Positions 59,198-64,000 of a stretch of DNA of 64,000 nt are shown here, piece by piece. The position numbers were made by a program, and so were the translations under genes. Below the pieces are notes generated by a model, which saw only the letters and a list, made by a program, of their open reading frames with translations, had not been told where the DNA came from and searched no databases. Each line of letters begins with the position of its first letter. Position 1 is the stretch's first letter. The DNA comes from Oscillospiraceae bacterium (GTDB lineage Bacteria > Bacillota > Clostridia > Oscillospirales > CAG-272), in the NCBI GenBank assembly GCA_015064395.1, contig SVSH01000011.1:210-64209 (forward strand). The letters run 5' to 3'.

Positions 59198-60016
59198 TTA
59201 TTCCTCCCGGCCGTCGCCACCAAGGTAACGTGCCGCCTGTGCGCGGCGGAAATGAAGCGGGGTCATGCCCGTCGTTTTCTTGAACACAAAGTTGAAATAG
59301 GACTGGGAGCAGTAGCCGCACTGCTTGGCGATCTGCGCAGGATCCAAATCGGTCAGGGCAAGCTGTCTTTGCGCCTCCTCCAATCGCAACTGCGCGATGT
59401 ATTCGTTGGGAGTGATGCCCATGGTCTCCTTGAACACGTCGTGGAAATAAATGGGCGAGCGTCCCGAGGCCGCCGCGATCTCCTTGAGCGTGCACTTTTC
59501 ACGGAAATGATCGCGGATGTACTGTAGTCCCAGGCGGACCGCCTGCTGTGTCTTGGCGCTGGTGCCGGCGGCAATGCCGCGCTCCGTCTCCCACTGATCC
59601 CGAAGCTGCGACATCAGCACGAGAAAGCCGGCCAGCTTGCGGCAGTCATCGCCCGCCGCCTCCGCCTCGGCGATCTGCTTGACATACGTGATCATCGTGT
59701 CTTGTCCGGGACAAGCAAATCCATATCCCCAGGCCTCTATCTGCTGTTTGACACAGGCAACGTCGCCCGTCATTCTGACGTAGTAGGCGCGGCACGGCAG
59801 GGGCAAGCGGCACACGTCCCCGGGACGCAGGCACAGCACGCGCTCTCCTCCCACCCTCACCGACTCGTCGTTGACCCAGACCACACGCTCCTCGCCCTCG
59901 AAAAAGGCGATCTCGTAGGCGCTGGCCGTCAAAGAGACCACGGCGCGTCTGCCAAGCGTGGCATAGCGGCTGTCAAACAGCCCCGCCGTACATTCCAGTT
60001 CTGTCAAATTCATCAT
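59198..60016 (-). CDS. AraC-family transcriptional regulator
   Basis: YFHDVFKETMG.TP..Y, IAKQCGY.SQSYF..FKK.TG.TP..FR. Confidence 0.88.
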   Translation of the reverse strand: MMNLTELECTAGLFDSRYATLGRRAVVSLTASAYEIAFFEGEERVVWVNDESVRVGGERVLCLRPGDVCRLPLPCRAYYVRMTGDVACVKQQIEAWGYGFACPGQDTMITYVKQIAEAEAAGDDCRKLAGFLVLMSQLRDQWETERGIAAGTSAKTQQAVRLGLQYIRDHFREKCTLKEIAAASGRSPIYFHDVFKETMGITPNEYIAQLRLEEAQRQLALTDLDPAQIAKQCGYCSQSYFNFVFKKTTGMTPLHFRRAQAARYLGGDGREE

Positions 60017-60220
60017 ATTCGTCTATCTTCCTTCCACCGGGGCAACCGTATTCGCCGCCCGAAACTATGGAGAATCATTCATCCGGAACATATTTTATCA
60101 CAAAATTTTCACTTGTAAAGCAAATTTCACATTTCTTATCAAATAATTCACAAAATCACCGATTTTTGTCTTGAACCATCAAAAAAAGGGATGCATCGAT
60201 CGATGCATCCCTTTTATTCA

Positions 60221-62506
60221 TTATTTTGTATCCTTGGGCTTTTTGATGCGGTTGAGTTGCTTGTTCAGCTTAAGCAGCTCTTCCTTGGTAAAGCTTACGC
60301 CCATCATACCCATCATCGAGGAGAGACGGAGAACGCTGAAGCCGCCGAGCATATCCATCATGCCGCTCATGGCGCCGCCCTTAAGATCGACCTCAAAGCC
60401 GCCCGACTTCTTGTCATCCTTCTGCCCCTTCTTGTTGGCATCCATCTTCTTCTTGATCTTCAGACCCATGCTGATGAACCACAGCTTACCGCGCTTGGAC
60501 TGCATGATATCCGAGATCTTGTCGTTGAGCGAGAATCTTCCCTCGATCTGGACAACGTCAAACCAGTTGAGCACCGCGCCGACCTCGCGCAGGACGTAGT
60601 CCATATTCATCTCGGCGACCTTGCGGATGTTGCCCTCGTCAGAAAGCTCTCCTGCCTTGGCAACGATCTTGCTCTCGCCCACGTTGGGCACGTCAAAGTA
60701 GAAGAAGTGATCCTCTGCCGTCTTCTTGCCGATGCTCTCGCCATTCACAAACAGCTCGACCTCGGGCAGGTTGGAGTAGACGGTGACCCGGGTGACGTCC
60801 TCAACGCGGTCAACGTATCTCTTGCCGCACAGGTGAACGAAGGGATCGTCCTCGGGAGAGACCAGCCATGCCTTGTAAGCATAGAAGGCATCCTTCTTGT
60901 ACTTGCGGTCCATGGTGACCAGTCCCTTGTGGTTCTGACCGTTCTCACCGCCCTCGGCACGGGCATCTGCGCCAAAGTCAAACATATTCCAGACGTGGGT
61001 CGCCCACATATACTTACGGGTGAACAGCTGCTTGATCAGCTCCTCATGGTAATATGCCTGATATTCCTCGGTATAGTCGCCCTGTTTAGGGGTGGAGGTA
61101 TGCCAGTTGAGCGCCTCACAGCCATACTCGGAGCAGCCGATCGGAATGGTGGGGTGCATGGCGTGGAACTTATCGAACCAGGGGCCGTTCATGGTGGTAT
61201 CACCGCCGTACCAGCCGAAATAGTGGTTGTAGGAAACAACGTCGGGGATCTGCAGATAGGGATCGTCCATCTTGCACATGGAAACCGCCGCGATGGTGGT
61301 CAGTCTTGTTTTATCCATCTCGTGGACCATGTCGTTGAGGACGCGGTGGTTATCCATCATATCCTCAGCCGCACCGCCGATACCGATCTCATTGGAAAGA
61401 CCCCAAACAACGATACAGGGGTGGTTATAATTCTGGGTGATGAGCTCCTTCATCTGCGAGATGGTGTTCTCGCGGCCGCCGGGCATATGCTTGGAGATGT
61501 AGGGGATCTCGGCCCAGATGACCAGACCCTTCTCGTCGCACAGATCATAGAAATACTGATCATGCTGATAGTGCGCCAGACGGATGGTGGTAGCACCCAC
61601 CTCCATGATCATGTCGATATCCTCGGCATGATGCTCGGGAAGCAGCGCGTTGCCAACGCCCCAGCGGTCCTGGTGACGGGACACGCCGCGCAGAGGATAC
61701 TCCTCGCCATTGAGGATAAAGCCGTTGTCAGGATCGATCTTGAAGGTACGGCAACCGAAACGATTGCAGACGTTGTCCACGACCTCCTCGCCCTCCACGA
61801 TCTCGACCTCACAGCAGTAGAGGTAGGGATCCTTGCGGCCGTTCCACAGATGAACGTCCTTGATCTCGAAGGTGACCTTGGTCTCGGTGGTCTCGATCTT
61901 CTGAAGCTCGTTTTCGTCCTTGTCGTAGATGGCGTAAACCAGCTTCTGACCCTCGGTGAGGTTCGTAACGAACACCTCGACCTCGACCTTGGCATCCTTG
62001 CCCTCGACTGCGGGCGTGATCTTAAGACCGTTGCCGCCGTAGTATTCCAGGTCAAAGTGGCTCTTGCTGACGCAAACGAGATTTACGTTTCTGTAAAGAC
62101 CGCCGTAGAAGGTAAAGTCAGCCATCTGGGGGTATACGGTGTCATTGGGTGCGTTGTCGACAACGATCGCCAGCGTACACTCCTGGGCAATCTTGCCCGA
62201 AAGGTCCACGCGCCAGGTGGAGTAACCGCCGTCGTGGTGTGCCAGCTTTTCGCCGTCCAAATAGACGTCCGCCGACGAGTTAGCGCCGCGGATCTCAAGA
62301 AAATAGCAGTCTGCCTCGGGCAGCTCTGCCTTCTTCAGCGTCTTGACGTAGAGGCAGGAGCCTCTGAAATAGTCGTTGCCGCCGTCAAAGCCGTCCTCCG
62401 CATTCCATGTGTGGGGCAAGGTAACGGTTACACCCTCGCGTGCGGAAATGTCGGCAGTGTTCTTGACGAACAGCCAATTTTCGTTAAGACTTAATACGTT
62501 TCTCAC
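60221..62506 (-). CDS. GH2 beta-galactosidase/glycosidase
   Basis: DFTFYGGLYR, GVSRHQD, IRLAHYQ, NHP..WGLSNE, SEYG, WNMFDF. Confidence 0.93.
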   Translation of the reverse strand: MRNVLSLNENWLFVKNTADISAREGVTVTLPHTWNAEDGFDGGNDYFRGSCLYVKTLKKAELPEADCYFLEIRGANSSADVYLDGEKLAHHDGGYSTWRVDLSGKIAQECTLAIVVDNAPNDTVYPQMADFTFYGGLYRNVNLVCVSKSHFDLEYYGGNGLKITPAVEGKDAKVEVEVFVTNLTEGQKLVYAIYDKDENELQKIETTETKVTFEIKDVHLWNGRKDPYLYCCEVEIVEGEEVVDNVCNRFGCRTFKIDPDNGFILNGEEYPLRGVSRHQDRWGVGNALLPEHHAEDIDMIMEVGATTIRLAHYQHDQYFYDLCDEKGLVIWAEIPYISKHMPGGRENTISQMKELITQNYNHPCIVVWGLSNEIGIGGAAEDMMDNHRVLNDMVHEMDKTRLTTIAAVSMCKMDDPYLQIPDVVSYNHYFGWYGGDTTMNGPWFDKFHAMHPTIPIGCSEYGCEALNWHTSTPKQGDYTEEYQAYYHEELIKQLFTRKYMWATHVWNMFDFGADARAEGGENGQNHKGLVTMDRKYKKDAFYAYKAWLVSPEDDPFVHLCGKRYVDRVEDVTRVTVYSNLPEVELFVNGESIGKKTAEDHFFYFDVPNVGESKIVAKAGELSDEGNIRKVAEMNMDYVLREVGAVLNWFDVVQIEGRFSLNDKISDIMQSKRGKLWFISMGLKIKKKMDANKKGQKDDKKSGGFEVDLKGGAMSGMMDMLGGFSVLRLSSMMGMMGVSFTKEELLKLNKQLNRIKKPKDTK

Positions 62507-62628
62507 TGTATATTCTCCTAAAAATAAAGATTACAAATTTAATTATACGGAAAAATATGACATCCGTACGAACATCTTAAAAGCTCGGTGTCCGACCGAC
62601 AGATCGGACACCGAAAAGCATTTACAAC

Positions 62629-64000
62629 TTATTCGTTCATGACCTTTCTTGCGGCAAGATCATCGTTCATCTTGGTAAGGGTCTTCTTGTCAAGGTTGTA
62701 GATGAGCGCAAGACCTACAAACTGTACAGCCGCGCTGAAGAGATAGAGTCCCGCAACGAGCCAGCACATATTGTGAGAGGTCGTAAAGCTCTGACCGATC
62801 GTACCGAGCTTGGAATCGTAACCGAGCCAGCCCATGATCAGAAGGACCATAGAGGGACCAATGCCCTGCGCAAGCTTACGGAAGAAGGAGTGCAAGGAGT
62901 AAACAGTACCTTCCTCGCGGGTTCCGAACTTCCACTCGTTGTAGTCGATTGCGTCACCCATCATAGCCCAGGATACACAAGTGTATACGCCCATACCGAT
63001 ACCGAAGATGACAAGGCCGATCAGATATACGACCAGTGCCATGCTCACGTTTTGGATCACGGGGAAGATGAGCATAGCCACACCGCCGACAAGGGAAACG
63101 ATCGTACCGAAAACAGATGCCTCTTTCTTACCGAACTTTTTAACGATCTTGGTGATAAAGGGCATAAACAGGAACATGGGAAGGAAGCCGATCATCTGCA
63201 CGACACCGGACATAGACGCCATGTTGAAATAGGTAGCGAACATAATGGTGTTGGCAGTGGTGGCGGCGTTCATACCAAGGAACATACCCATAGCGGCAAC
63301 GGTTGCGCCGACGGCGGGACGGTTTTTCATAAAATTGCCAAACGCCTTGATAACGTTAAACTTTTGACCGCCCTCATTGGTCTTGACGGTGTTTTCGTCA
63401 ACACGAATGGTGATGGTTTTGATCATGAGGATAAAGGCAAGGAAGCCAAGAATGCCCATAACGAGAGCTGCCCAGAATACTCTGTCGCCGAGCAGGATCT
63501 CTACCTGCTTACCCGTGGCAGGGCTGAGAACGGCTTCGCCGATCTCGTAAGGAAGCTTAGTTTCGGGATTTACGAGGAACTGGGACTTGTCAAAGCCCTC
63601 GGGGATCTCGATTCTGTTCAAGAAATCCGTGGTTCCGTCATAGGTAACCTTCTGCCAGATCAACATGGGAAGAATGATGGTAGGAAGAATGTTTCCAATC
63701 ATGGAGCCGATGGAACGCCAGGTGGAGAGCTGTGCGCGCTCGCCCACGTCCTCGGTAACCAAGGAAAGCATAGAGCCGTAAGGAACGTTGGCAATGGTGT
63801 AGAATGCATCCCAAACGATATAACCCAGAACGAACAGAATTGCCTTGATCACGACAGGGGCGTTGGGGAAAGGAAGGAAGACGGCGGCACCGCCCACCAA
63901 CAGACCGCAGGCGCCGATCAGGATATAAGTTTTGAATTTGCCCATCTTGTACTGTCGTCTGTCATTGTCGATCAGGGAACCGATCAACGGATCGTTAACG
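62629..64000 (-). CDS. GPH/MelB-family MFS sugar transporter (5' end outside the window)
   Basis: NDPLIG..ID, FYTIANVPYGSM, ERAQLS..R, DAIDYNEWK.G.R.EG. Confidence 0.9.
   Translation of the reverse strand, partial: VNDPLIGSLIDNDRRQYKMGKFKTYILIGACGLLVGGAAVFLPFPNAPVVIKAILFVLGYIVWDAFYTIANVPYGSMLSLVTEDVGERAQLSTWRSIGSMIGNILPTIILPMLIWQKVTYDGTTDFLNRIEIPEGFDKSQFLVNPETKLPYEIGEAVLSPATGKQVEILLGDRVFWAALVMGILGFLAFILMIKTITIRVDENTVKTNEGGQKFNVIKAFGNFMKNRPAVGATVAAMGMFLGMNAATTANTIMFATYFNMASMSGVVQMIGFLPMFLFMPFITKIVKKFGKKEASVFGTIVSLVGGVAMLIFPVIQNVSMALVVYLIGLVIFGIGMGVYTCVSWAMMGDAIDYNEWKFGTREEGTVYSLHSFFRKLAQGIGPSMVLLIMGWLGYDSKLGTIGQSFTTSHNMCWLVAGLYLFSAAVQFVGLALIYNLDKKTLTKMNDDLAARKVMNE

Overview
GC-rich Clostridia-type (Bacillota) chromosomal segment, mostly housekeeping genes: an ABC ATPase-permease fusion, CarD, PPi-PFK, a type IIA topoisomerase B subunit, GTP-PEPCK, murD, murA, ddl, glmM, a cysteine desulfurase, two rubrerythrins, the rpmH-rnpA-yidD-yidC-jag-mnmE cluster, plsY, hom, prmC, tadA, ruvX, rnhA, a GH2/MFS/AraC locus, and 4 tRNAs. 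The unexplained signal is non-coding. (1) Eight copies of a ~410-600 bp hairpin-rich intergenic element (family 1) have covarying stems, an inverted TTCTT/AAGAA bipartite end motif, interchangeable internal modules, apparent internal inversions, and in several copies direct terminal repeats. (2) A second structured repeat family occurs at four sites. (3) Parallel ~170 bp modules behind tRNA-Lys and tRNA-His end in a re-copy of the tRNA 3' end; at tRNA-Lys this continues into a 110 bp tandem array. No transposase, integrase or HUH nuclease gene is recognisable in the window. Several normally conserved gene adjacencies (rpmH/dnaA, mnmE/mnmG) are broken at repeat sites. A 47-aa Cys-rich ORF and rpmH are missing from the ORF track. 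All calls were made by eye; no searches were run.
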